The notes: a model not told the origin generated them from the sequence alone. 64,000 nt of DNA from an uncultured Barnesiella sp. (GCA_964462445.1 CAYWXG010000001.1:11874-75873), one strand, 5' to 3'; positions 51,656 to 61,072 are shown, counted from the first letter of the stretch. Numbers and translations are program-made.

Positions 51656-52639
51656 TTACAACACGTTGACACCTTCTTTATTGGAAATATTTTGACCATT
51701 CCCGATTGTTGTTTTTGCCGAGCGCGGGGTCATTAAATATTGCACGAAAATAATCGCAATAATTAAGATATATATCACCAAGGGTAACACCTTAAAATCG
51801 CTCGTACTGCTTATACTCTTCTCAAATTTAAGGTCGGGCACAGAGATTTTTACTGTTTGATTCTCTTTCTCAAACATATATACTCCCTCATTGTCCACTA
51901 TCACCGGAAGTTTCCCATCTTCCGACAACTCGTTTAAATAGGTTGCTATTGCCGGAGCCAATTCTCCGGGCACTTTCGACTGTAGTCCTATCGACATTAG
52001 ATCCCATCCTTTGACATCTGCCGACCATTTATTGAGCACTGAATCTACATTCTGCTTATATGTGCGATAGGGTGCAACTCCTGTCTTCCCGGTGTTGCCC
52101 AATAGCAATTGGCGTTCTTGGAGCATCCATGTCTCGATATCGGCGGGCGTTTTTATCGCTGCATCGTCAAAATATGCAGTCACATTGAGGTCCTTTTCTG
52201 AATCGATTGCCGCATGCAAGCCGGTGGTTGTGATTGCCAATGCCGACTGTTCAGCTTTTTCATATTCGCTAAACATCCCGCGCAATCTGTCAACATCGCT
52301 TACAGCCACTTTTTGCAATTCATCTTTGCTTGTCAAAACATCAACGAAATGCATCACGTAGCGTGCCGGAAATACTGCTGCCGCTAAAAACAATACGATT
52401 GCTCCGATTTCTACCTTTTTCCATCGCGCAAAATTGTTGTCAATCTTTTTGCTTTGAGTCGCAGCTTCGAGTATCAAACTCAGCACTATCACTGTCCCTA
52501 ATGCAATCCCGATTGATGCGCCCATGCTACCCGAGGTTAGCATTAGTGAGCCCATAAATGTGAAAAATCCCAGCAGAGCCAATCCTGCAAGAGCTATTAT
52601 ATTTCCTATGCCTACGCGGCTTGATTTGTCTCTTGACAT
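51656..52639 (-). CDS. Cluster gene 4: polytopic membrane protein (3 N-terminal TMs, ~190-aa loop domain, C-terminal TM)
   Basis: 327 aa. Hydrophobic segments at aa ~10-100 and ~290-310. Confidence 0.65.
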   Translation of the reverse strand: MSRDKSSRVGIGNIIALAGLALLGFFTFMGSLMLTSGSMGASIGIALGTVIVLSLILEAATQSKKIDNNFARWKKVEIGAIVLFLAAAVFPARYVMHFVDVLTSKDELQKVAVSDVDRLRGMFSEYEKAEQSALAITTTGLHAAIDSEKDLNVTAYFDDAAIKTPADIETWMLQERQLLLGNTGKTGVAPYRTYKQNVDSVLNKWSADVKGWDLMSIGLQSKVPGELAPAIATYLNELSEDGKLPVIVDNEGVYMFEKENQTVKISVPDLKFEKSISSTSDFKVLPLVIYILIIAIIFVQYLMTPRSAKTTIGNGQNISNKEGVNVL

Positions 52640-52673
52640 ATTTCGTTATTTTCTTTTGTTTCTGTTTTTATCG

Positions 52674-52705
52674 GGAGGTGGGGCCTTTTGACCTATCCCA
52701 CCTCC
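52674..52705 (-). other. Intercistronic GC-rich stem-loop between the subtilase gene and the next cluster gene
   Basis: 9-bp stem GGAGGTGGG / CCCACCTCC with a 14-nt loop, inside the 78-nt gap. It is the only GC-rich hairpin I noticed inside the cluster. Confidence 0.5.
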
Positions 52706-52717
52706 TCCTGTTTTTTA

Positions 52718-54841
52718 TTATATGTTATCGTTGCTTCTGACAAGATAATAAGAAGATCCGTCCGACGAACCGCCGTAGTACGATACACATTCAAGCATTC
52801 CGTTTGCTCCGCGTTTGCATTCTATTGTTACAGGTGAAAACGGCGTGGGGCAAGTCGGTGATGTCGCATTCCCTTGTTGACGTATTGTCAACTTATCGTT
52901 GCGCAACTCGCTTTTGAATGCTGCGCTGTGTTTACACCCGCCGTCGGTCTTGTAATAGATGGTTCCACTGTTGATTGAATTGAATTTCAGATATATGTGT
53001 GTCATCTCTCCCGTTGGTTCATTGGTCTCCGAATCTGTCACTATTCTCTCTTCGGTGGTTTTCCACAGCCCTTTGATACTGTTGGGATCCTCTTTAATTT
53101 CGTCGAACTTCGCAACATTGCCTCCGGCAGCTTCAAGAGCATCGCGCACCTGTATCAACTTCCCGATATGACCATTACGGTCAACTACCTTGCCGGTCTT
53201 GTCTAATATCTCGATAATCTCTGTATTCGTAAGATTCGGATTTACCGACTTCATCAATGCTACTGCTCCCGATACTATTGGTGCGGCCATCGATGTGCCG
53301 GGGCAGAACCCATATCCGTTGGCAGGTCCTGCACTATATATATCAACACCGGGGGCTGAAATAGTTGAGTAATTGATACCTTGTGATTCGTAATTACCAT
53401 AGTTGCTGAAATCGGCTTTCTTCAAGTCCTGTCCTACGGCACTTACTCTGATGGTGCTTTCGCCTCGCTTGGTCTCATCCATCCCCGACAATACGTTGCA
53501 ATTTCCTGCTGCCCACACTATGGTACAATTCTTTTTGTCGGCAAGTTTGAACACATAGTCCCACACATCTTCTTGGTATTTATCAACTTGGTTGATATAT
53601 TCCAGCTGTGTGTTTACCGGCAAATTTTGTGCTTCCGGGGGAAACATTTGTTGAAGCGACAAATTGATGACATCGGCACCTTGGTTGATTGCATACAGAA
53701 CACCCTCAAGCATCGCACTCGACGACATGTGTGCGCCCAACGAGATTGGCATCAATTTGCAATTTGGTGCTAATCCTGCCGCACCGACTCCATTGTTAAG
53801 CGCTCCTACGGCAAGTCCGGCTACGTGCGTCCCGTGATAGATTATTGCATCATCCGGATTGTGGAATGAATATGGTCCGGGTGGGGGCATGACATTGCGC
53901 GACCTACGTTCAACACTGAACGGCTTAACCACGCGACCCTTGAATTCCGGGTGGGTGATATCAATATAACTGTCAATAACTGCAACTACAATATCTTCAG
54001 AACCTTGCGTAATTTCCCATGCCTCATATGTTTGGATAGGTGCGAAATGCCAACTCTTCTTCTGGCTCTTAAACGCCGGGTCATTATATTTCGACCCGTT
54101 GGTTGCCGAGTTATTGAACATTACATCGTCAAACAACTTGTATTCAATATCCGTGATTTCTTGTTGGATTCGATTTTTTACATTCTCGCGTTCCGTAGGA
54201 TTAACCATGATTTGCATCAAACCGGCCTCCGGATTGTAATATTCAATGTTGACATTGTCATCGGGATACATTTGCTTGAGTTTGCGTGCAAACTTTTTGA
54301 AATTTTCCTCTGAATTGTCCTCTAATATTACGTCTATGAGAGTCCCGTCAATCTGCTTATAGGGGTCATCTTCCGGGGTTATTATATACTCGGGCTTCGG
54401 CTCTACTCTGCGATTTTCCTCAGGACTCGGCAACTCCTTGATTGGTTCTTGGAAATTATCTTCAGGTAATGGCTCATTGATAATATCCATCAATTCCTCA
54501 TCATCTTTGAACCGCTCGTCTACTATATCGCCGTTCTCATCGATATATTCCGGAATTTCAATATTAACATCATTAACATCGTCCTCATTAAGGTCATCGA
54601 TATATGTAGGATCATCAATTAAATCTATGCCTTCTTTGTTTGACTTGCTACTACTATTTTCGGGCAATGAATGTAGCCATCTCAATAGTATTAGGAATCC
54701 GAATAATAGAATTAGAAACAAGAGATAGCGCCAAATCAGTCCACCTATTGGTGCCGGTTTATCTTGATTTCCCCTTTGATTTTCTATATTAATTCGTTTC
54801 ATCTTTTTTTGTTTAAATGGTAATTGAGAGGATTTAAACAC
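52718..54841 (-). CDS. Cluster gene 3: membrane-anchored subtilisin-like (S8) serine protease
   Basis: Basic N-terminus plus TM (LIWRYLLFLILLFGFLILL), then an acidic D/E/N-rich linker. Catalytic motifs VAVIDSYID (D290, 53972-53974), HGTHVAG (H336, 53834-53836), AAGN and GTSMAAP (S517, 53291-53293). Alternative start at 54802. Confidence 0.85.
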   Translation of the reverse strand: MFKSSQLPFKQKKMKRINIENQRGNQDKPAPIGGLIWRYLLFLILLFGFLILLRWLHSLPENSSSKSNKEGIDLIDDPTYIDDLNEDDVNDVNIEIPEYIDENGDIVDERFKDDEELMDIINEPLPEDNFQEPIKELPSPEENRRVEPKPEYIITPEDDPYKQIDGTLIDVILEDNSEENFKKFARKLKQMYPDDNVNIEYYNPEAGLMQIMVNPTERENVKNRIQQEITDIEYKLFDDVMFNNSATNGSKYNDPAFKSQKKSWHFAPIQTYEAWEITQGSEDIVVAVIDSYIDITHPEFKGRVVKPFSVERRSRNVMPPPGPYSFHNPDDAIIYHGTHVAGLAVGALNNGVGAAGLAPNCKLMPISLGAHMSSSAMLEGVLYAINQGADVINLSLQQMFPPEAQNLPVNTQLEYINQVDKYQEDVWDYVFKLADKKNCTIVWAAGNCNVLSGMDETKRGESTIRVSAVGQDLKKADFSNYGNYESQGINYSTISAPGVDIYSAGPANGYGFCPGTSMAAPIVSGAVALMKSVNPNLTNTEIIEILDKTGKVVDRNGHIGKLIQVRDALEAAGGNVAKFDEIKEDPNSIKGLWKTTEERIVTDSETNEPTGEMTHIYLKFNSINSGTIYYKTDGGCKHSAAFKSELRNDKLTIRQQGNATSPTCPTPFSPVTIECKRGANGMLECVSYYGGSSDGSSYYLVRSNDNI

Positions 54842-54850
54842 GATTTTGTA

Positions 54851-57769
54851 TTACTTGATAAGGCGATCAATCAATTGCCCGATTCGTTTGTTGGCCTCAA
54901 TATCATAATCTATTATCTGACCCTTAAGCAAGAACGACACTATCATATATTCTATCCATTTGAAATAATTATCCTCAAATGCTTTTGTCACTCCGTCAGG
55001 ACGATCGATAAGTTGATTAAACATTTCGGTCAACTCCTCGGCGGTGTAGTTTTCTGCGTGATCTTGGGTGATATACTCTAACGGGTCAAATTTTATCGGA
55101 TTTTCATCAACAAGGCGATTGGCGACGTCACGTTCTTCTTCACTTCGCATGCTATAACCTAAATCGCTGATGAAATCATTGATTTTCGATGCCATCAAAT
55201 CCGCTATCAAACTGATATTGATGCCACTGATATTGATAACCTTTACATGCTCCTCGATTGTCTTATCAAGAACTTCCTCAAGATTAAGCTTGCGTGCTGT
55301 CAGTTCAATATTGTCAACTAAAGCCGACATCTCTATCGGGTCAAATGCGCCGTTATCGCACAACTTATTTATCGACTCCGGTTTCTTGATTGAGTCTTTC
55401 CATGTCTCATATACGGTCTCTGCAATTATTGTCGAATTTGTCTTGCGTTTGAAATCCCCGGCAAATAGTTTATTCGCATCAACTCCCTTTTCTGCCAAGA
55501 ATTTTTCTGCCGACTCTCTATCCGGAAGACCATAACTTACCATTACGCATTCCCATTTCATATCTGTGGTCTTGCATCGGTCAAGACGCTTGCCGATATC
55601 CTTGCGGATGATTTCATAATTGCGTGTATCATTGACCGAATCATTCATCATCGATGAGTTAACAAGGTCATAGATGCTGTTGTAAAGGGTCTTTTCAGTG
55701 GTTTGCAATTCGCGAATCATTCTTCCGAAGAAATAACTATCATTATTGCATGAGAATATCAACTCGCGACGTATTGCGCATGCTTGATTCATATCTTGCA
55801 ACAACTGTGTCGCAGCATCGTCGGCATGATAATATCCTTTGAGAATATCATGAAGTGCCTTCCCGATATTTTTTAGCGTGGTTGATGTTTGCTCTTGGCG
55901 AGCATTCTCCATATTCGACGCTGCCACTGCAAGTTGCTGGAACAAAAACAACGCGCCATCGTTATTTTGTGTCGCTGCAACATCCCATGAGCATGCTGGA
56001 TTGGCAAAAAATTTCTGCGTATACGGACTTTCGATAAACGACTGTCGCATTCTTTCGTAATACACATTATCCATTGCCGATTTTTGCTCGCATCCGGTTT
56101 CTCTAAATCCGGTGTATAGGTTGTTCCCCTTTCCGGTGTCGCCTGAATATTTATAGTCGCGGAGCAAATATGTGTTCTTAAAGGTGTCCCCTTCGGTTAT
56201 CCAATTTTGGAACCAGTCAGCGTCATTTCCATGAATCACTTCTTTGTATAGAACTACATTAAAGCGGTCGCCCCAACGCTGGTCGATAGCGTTACGCGAA
56301 TTGGCAACATCATCGGCATTAGCATCTGCCATTGTCATGTCGATGTTGAATTTTGTCGCTATCAAGAAGAATGGTGATACTCCTCCGGTCAACTTTAGAG
56401 TGCGTGCTCTGTGTTGAGAGGTCTCTCCTACATATTGCTTAATCCAATTTTCTATCGTCAGATATAACGTGTCATCATTTCGTTGCGCGTTATCGTGGCA
56501 GAACAATAATATATTGATTAACCCGCAGTCGCTATATCGATTAAACAAATATGCTACTTTACCACGAAGATACACATTGGCGTCATTCGACATTGCACTC
56601 TTGGTATCGGTCTTGTCAAGATTTTCCTCTTTGAGCTGATTGCGGGCACGTGCTCCCGGGAAGTCGAGCAAGTCGGTGTGCTTGATGATGTCTTTTTTGA
56701 ATGGCTTATTGGGCAATACGCCTCTTACCGTCGGGTCGCTTATCATCGTCATGTCATAAGTCAACTCCGAATTCAAAAAGCGTTCTTCTACCTTGAACAC
56801 CGCCTCGGCGCAGAGTGCCGACAATTCGCTCTTGTCATATCGGTCTATGACCTTGGTCCCGCCGTCAGAAGTCTTGATGATTACTTTTGTGAACGATGAT
56901 TCTTCGCTCTTGTCTTTAATATTCAACTCATTGATACGTTGCACCGACATCAATGTCTGATTTGTATTGAGTACTGCCTCTATAGGTAGATACACCTGTT
57001 TGGCATAACTTAAATTGCGCAATGCTTCGCTCAAGTGTTGGAATAATTTTGTCAATGTTGCATTGCCATGCCATAATGGTGCGAATATTTGACTCCATTC
57101 CGATGCCTCCACATTGCGGGCAATTAGTGCTACTCGCTCAAAATATGGCGAACGCATCAGAGATTGAGTGTTCCCCGACGTGCTGCGACGTAGATAATCC
57201 TTCATGTCGAGAATATCATCTTCGACTACTACCGGATTGCTCAATGGCTGAAGCTCTTTATATGTTTCATATATCTCGGTTGAGATTTTATTCAACTCAT
57301 TGTCCGAATAGCTTTGATAGTCGGTTATGTCGTTATGATATCCGTCGCAAAGTATTGATGCAATCTCACTCATGCCGAGCAATTTTATCAACACCGGATA
57401 TTCTGCGTTATAGCGGCCGGGGTCGTTGGCAAATGTTGTGAAACGTGTCACCACTCCGGTTGCCTCTACATTATTAGTTATAGGATTAATCTCCTTCACA
57501 AAATCATATTCGCGAGTGGGGGTTACCACGGAAAATGGCTTTCCGTTATCGCTAAGCATATTGGTGATAACATACGACTTCCCCTTTTGACTCTCTCCGT
57601 AGGCTGCTATCGCCGGATTTTCAGGCTCCGTAGCGGCAAGTTTGCGCAAGCGGCAGCGCTCATTCACCAATTGTAGAAAGCGCTGCTCATATTGGTCCGG
57701 CTTATTCACCTTGAGCCATGCCAACGCATCATTGATATTATTTATCTGGGCTTGTATGGAATTTTTCAT
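54851..57769 (-). CDS. Cluster gene 2: giant dynamin-like GTPase (SrfC-like by recollection)
   Basis: G1 GESQKGKS (57575-57598), G2 GVVTR (57443-57457), G3 DFPG (56654-56665) and G4-like TKFN (56345-56356). About 260 aa are inserted between G2 and G3. Start at ATG 57769, 13 nt after the upstream stop; the ORF extends to 57817. Confidence 0.75.
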   Translation of the reverse strand: MKNSIQAQINNINDALAWLKVNKPDQYEQRFLQLVNERCRLRKLAATEPENPAIAAYGESQKGKSYVITNMLSDNGKPFSVVTPTREYDFVKEINPITNNVEATGVVTRFTTFANDPGRYNAEYPVLIKLLGMSEIASILCDGYHNDITDYQSYSDNELNKISTEIYETYKELQPLSNPVVVEDDILDMKDYLRRSTSGNTQSLMRSPYFERVALIARNVEASEWSQIFAPLWHGNATLTKLFQHLSEALRNLSYAKQVYLPIEAVLNTNQTLMSVQRINELNIKDKSEESSFTKVIIKTSDGGTKVIDRYDKSELSALCAEAVFKVEERFLNSELTYDMTMISDPTVRGVLPNKPFKKDIIKHTDLLDFPGARARNQLKEENLDKTDTKSAMSNDANVYLRGKVAYLFNRYSDCGLINILLFCHDNAQRNDDTLYLTIENWIKQYVGETSQHRARTLKLTGGVSPFFLIATKFNIDMTMADANADDVANSRNAIDQRWGDRFNVVLYKEVIHGNDADWFQNWITEGDTFKNTYLLRDYKYSGDTGKGNNLYTGFRETGCEQKSAMDNVYYERMRQSFIESPYTQKFFANPACSWDVAATQNNDGALFLFQQLAVAASNMENARQEQTSTTLKNIGKALHDILKGYYHADDAATQLLQDMNQACAIRRELIFSCNNDSYFFGRMIRELQTTEKTLYNSIYDLVNSSMMNDSVNDTRNYEIIRKDIGKRLDRCKTTDMKWECVMVSYGLPDRESAEKFLAEKGVDANKLFAGDFKRKTNSTIIAETVYETWKDSIKKPESINKLCDNGAFDPIEMSALVDNIELTARKLNLEEVLDKTIEEHVKVINISGINISLIADLMASKINDFISDLGYSMRSEEERDVANRLVDENPIKFDPLEYITQDHAENYTAEELTEMFNQLIDRPDGVTKAFEDNYFKWIEYMIVSFLLKGQIIDYDIEANKRIGQLIDRLIK

Positions 57770-57782
57770 GACTGTTTTCTTT

Positions 57783-60700
57783 TTATCTGAGTGAAAGTTC
57801 AAATTCACCTTTATCAAGCCAATGCTTGCCGTCGGCTACTATCGATTGCTGTACTATCTCAATTGTGGATTTTGGAAGTGTGTTCCCTTGCATATCGGTC
57901 ACTTCCTCTATTTCCACCACCTCTCGGTCATCTTGATATGAACGTGTCAATGTGATGCGTACCGGCTCATGATTCTTCCCTGCAAAATAGATGCCGTAGA
58001 GTGGGCGTGCTTGATATAACGCCGAATCAAACTGTTTGCAACCCAAGAACACCGGGAATGAGCCAATTGTTGTCGATGCATTTGACTTGTCGGGGAACAA
58101 CAATGACTTCTTCACCAATTGTGTCGATGCATCATAGAAACCTATGAAATTGGAGGTTGGTTTCATCTGGCGTATCATCTCCTTGAAATCAATACGCAAT
58201 CCATTGAAGCCTATCGTTGATGCCATGTAGCCTACCATTGCACCCACTGCAACTACCGACTTCTGGTCATAGAAATATCCCTGACCATCGGCAAATGGAT
58301 ACCACGTGCCTACACGATAATCATTTAAACAAATAATCCTGTCGGGCGACATCGGATAATATTTGATAAACAATTCAGGTATTGCATCTATTGTTGTCGG
58401 ACGTCCGGCCATGACTAATATGTCGCACTTATATGCATAGAGCAATATCGACAATTGCTTCATCAATGGCTCCATCGTTGTGCGAACCATCGACGCTATC
58501 TCTTCCGGGTCATAGCGCCACGACAACTCCTCAAATCTAAAGCCGAAATGATTAGCGAAATGATTGAGCAAATGTTCCGACGGTTTCAAATCACCGAAAA
58601 TTTCATCATAGGTGTAGACTCGCGACGGGAATTTGCGACGTAGCAAATCCATCATCTTGCGTGCTATCGGCACCGAAATCTGTGTGTTGAAATCTACGCG
58701 CGCATGACGATCTTTAAACGACATCATTGCGCTATCATATCCAAAGAAATCGCGTAGCAACACTGATGCAAAGTATCGTGTACGCTCCTCTCTGCGTTCC
58801 GGTGACTGACAACCGATAATATCCTCTACGTAGGTGCGATACACGTCGGTATACTTCGCTTTGGTGCATGGCAACAATCGCAACTCTTCATCGCTCATTG
58901 ATATCAAGCGGGCGAGCAATGCACTATGTATGCTTCCCATAAACGCGATTCCGGTCTCTGGCCCTTCTATTACATAGCGTTGTACGATTGTGCGCAATAT
59001 ATCATCTCCTGCTACATAGAAGCTATCATAGAAATGGGGCACAGGAACTATCGAACTTTGCTCCTCTCCCTCATATTTGTAGGAACATATCATGATGTCG
59101 GTTGTCCCGGCACCTATATCGATTGACCCTATTGTCAAAGAGTTGTGTTCATATCCATCTTCAATGAATTCTTTCCTGCGGTGTCCCTTCGCTTCAAAGA
59201 ATTGATCGATTTTGCCATTGTAGCGTTGTGCTATCTCTGCATAGAGATATACAAGCTGGCACGCTGAGGCCTCGTCATAGCTCCATTGGCGCTTATCAAG
59301 CATATCATAATCGTCGGTATTCTTCAACGCTTCCGGTGAGGGTATCACAGTTATAGGCGTTAGTGAGGGATTGCAACGCAACATTGCCTTCTGTGCATCT
59401 ACCATGCTTTGGCGCAATGTAATCTGTTCGGCACGTGGCATTGCCGTAGGGCATGTAATTACTACGTTGCGCAATCTACGGCGACAATCTATTTTCCCAT
59501 GCTTTGTTCTGAACTTCGGCGAGTTGATTTGGGCGATAGCCTGTTGTAACACTTCTACCATAACAAATGTCATCATCGACGAACGTGAATAATGACAATC
59601 AGTGTCGGTTTCTTCTGGCATCATATCAAAGATATTCACCGTGTCGGCTTTCTCTTTAAAGGTGCCTCGTTCATCAAACATATCGGTGAAATTCTGCAAG
59701 AAGATATTAGGCGATTGTCTGACATTGAACGGGTCGGTATCGGTGATGAGATATTCCCATCTCGCTTGAGATTTTTTCTTATCCCACAAATATCGTTTGG
59801 GCGATGAATAACTGTTGGCTCGTTCGGCAATTCCGCTATCTTCTATCGAATGATACACCAATAAGCGTGCTTCTTCTCCCACGCGTACAATGCTCTTCCA
59901 ATTAAATGCCTCCTCCGGCAATATCAAGTCGTTGCCAAAATCCGCACGACGATACACTAATCGCATATCAAACGGATTCTTGTATGTAATCCATGGTGAG
60001 GTGAGGTTGCGCAACTCAAGCATTACTGAGCGCGTGAAATCTCCATCTTCAAACAATACACCACATGTGCGCGAATTGCCGATATCAAGTACCATATCTA
60101 CATTCACATCACCATCATTCGGATTATATAGAGTGACATTGGGTGATACTCCGCTCAATCGCAAGAAGTTGATTAGATAAATATAGTATGCTATAAATTT
60201 ATATCGGTGGTGCACCAACTTTTCCGGGTCTACACCCAACAGCGATGCAACATATTGCGATATAGCGTCTTGGTCCTCTTGGACTGATAGAAAATTAAAC
60301 AGCAAATCCGGCTTATTGCATAAAGCAAATGTCTTTTTTCGCTCTGACTCATCAAAGAAATAGGGGAAATAGATCGACAACGGATTTTCTGCCAAATGAG
60401 TGTCAAATGCCCATGTAAAACTATATTTCGACGACCCTTTGACACTCCCTTCTCCTACGCGACGTATTCGTACTCTACACCATCCCATCGGAACTCCTGT
60501 GGTTGTGCCAGTTGCATCTGTCTCAAACATCGGCATTGGCAACCATTTATCCAACAGCAATTCAAATGCCGGCAATTTATCTATCGGATTTGCCGGATTT
60601 TTTATGCGGTAGCTCTCAAAGGTGTTGATATTGATTATTGAATCATCTTCATCGCCATACGACTCCAATAATTCCGTCGATACATCATCGCGCATTTTGG

Positions 60701-60971
60701 GTACTCCGGTCTCATCAAGTTCCTCACTTCCGTTTTGATGTAATGAGATATAGCCTTCGCTGCGAAGCTGCTTCACCGGTATCCAACAATTCTTATCTAT
60801 GTGATTGAATAGCAAATCAAAACTGATATGACCGTCAAAAGGATCGACTGTCTCAACAAATGAATACCGTAACATTCTTCCACTTGGGAGTGCAAACGGC
60901 TCCGACGAGTTAAATTCAAGTTCATTGGTCGTAAACTGAATGCCGGTATCAGTAATAAGGTGTAGGTCCAT
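57783..60971 (-). CDS. Cluster gene 1: giant actin/Hsp70-fold (ASKHA) ATPase-like protein (SrfB-like by recollection)
   Basis: 1062 aa with phosphate-1-like MVLDIGNSRTCG (60063-60089) and phosphate-2-like SIDIGAGTTD (59097-59120), plus VMAGRPT near the C-terminus. Confidence 0.75.
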   Translation of the reverse strand: MDLHLITDTGIQFTTNELEFNSSEPFALPSGRMLRYSFVETVDPFDGHISFDLLFNHIDKNCWIPVKQLRSEGYISLHQNGSEELDETGVPKMRDDVSTELLESYGDEDDSIININTFESYRIKNPANPIDKLPAFELLLDKWLPMPMFETDATGTTTGVPMGWCRVRIRRVGEGSVKGSSKYSFTWAFDTHLAENPLSIYFPYFFDESERKKTFALCNKPDLLFNFLSVQEDQDAISQYVASLLGVDPEKLVHHRYKFIAYYIYLINFLRLSGVSPNVTLYNPNDGDVNVDMVLDIGNSRTCGVLFEDGDFTRSVMLELRNLTSPWITYKNPFDMRLVYRRADFGNDLILPEEAFNWKSIVRVGEEARLLVYHSIEDSGIAERANSYSSPKRYLWDKKKSQARWEYLITDTDPFNVRQSPNIFLQNFTDMFDERGTFKEKADTVNIFDMMPEETDTDCHYSRSSMMTFVMVEVLQQAIAQINSPKFRTKHGKIDCRRRLRNVVITCPTAMPRAEQITLRQSMVDAQKAMLRCNPSLTPITVIPSPEALKNTDDYDMLDKRQWSYDEASACQLVYLYAEIAQRYNGKIDQFFEAKGHRRKEFIEDGYEHNSLTIGSIDIGAGTTDIMICSYKYEGEEQSSIVPVPHFYDSFYVAGDDILRTIVQRYVIEGPETGIAFMGSIHSALLARLISMSDEELRLLPCTKAKYTDVYRTYVEDIIGCQSPERREERTRYFASVLLRDFFGYDSAMMSFKDRHARVDFNTQISVPIARKMMDLLRRKFPSRVYTYDEIFGDLKPSEHLLNHFANHFGFRFEELSWRYDPEEIASMVRTTMEPLMKQLSILLYAYKCDILVMAGRPTTIDAIPELFIKYYPMSPDRIICLNDYRVGTWYPFADGQGYFYDQKSVVAVGAMVGYMASTIGFNGLRIDFKEMIRQMKPTSNFIGFYDASTQLVKKSLLFPDKSNASTTIGSFPVFLGCKQFDSALYQARPLYGIYFAGKNHEPVRITLTRSYQDDREVVEIEEVTDMQGNTLPKSTIEIVQQSIVADGKHWLDKGEFELSLR

Positions 60972-60988
60972 AATAGAAATTGATAATT

Positions 60989-61000
60989 AGGCTTAAGCCT
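60989..61000. repeat. Perfect 12-bp palindrome AGGCTTAAGCCT in the 5' leader of the nine-gene cluster
   Basis: Read directly, 18 nt upstream of the start codon at 60971. Confidence 0.5.
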
Positions 61001-61064
61001 GTTGTGGTTTTTATTTGGCATTGCCGTTAGGTTTTAATGGTAGGCTATGCCATTGTATATTCTG

Positions 61065-61072
61065 CAAATATA
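61065..61072 (-). promoter_or_regulatory. Candidate -7 box (TATATTTG on minus strand) for the nine-gene cluster
   Basis: Plus-strand CAAATATA, about 95 nt upstream of the start at 60971. Lies in an AT-rich 450-bp intergenic region. Confidence 0.3.
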
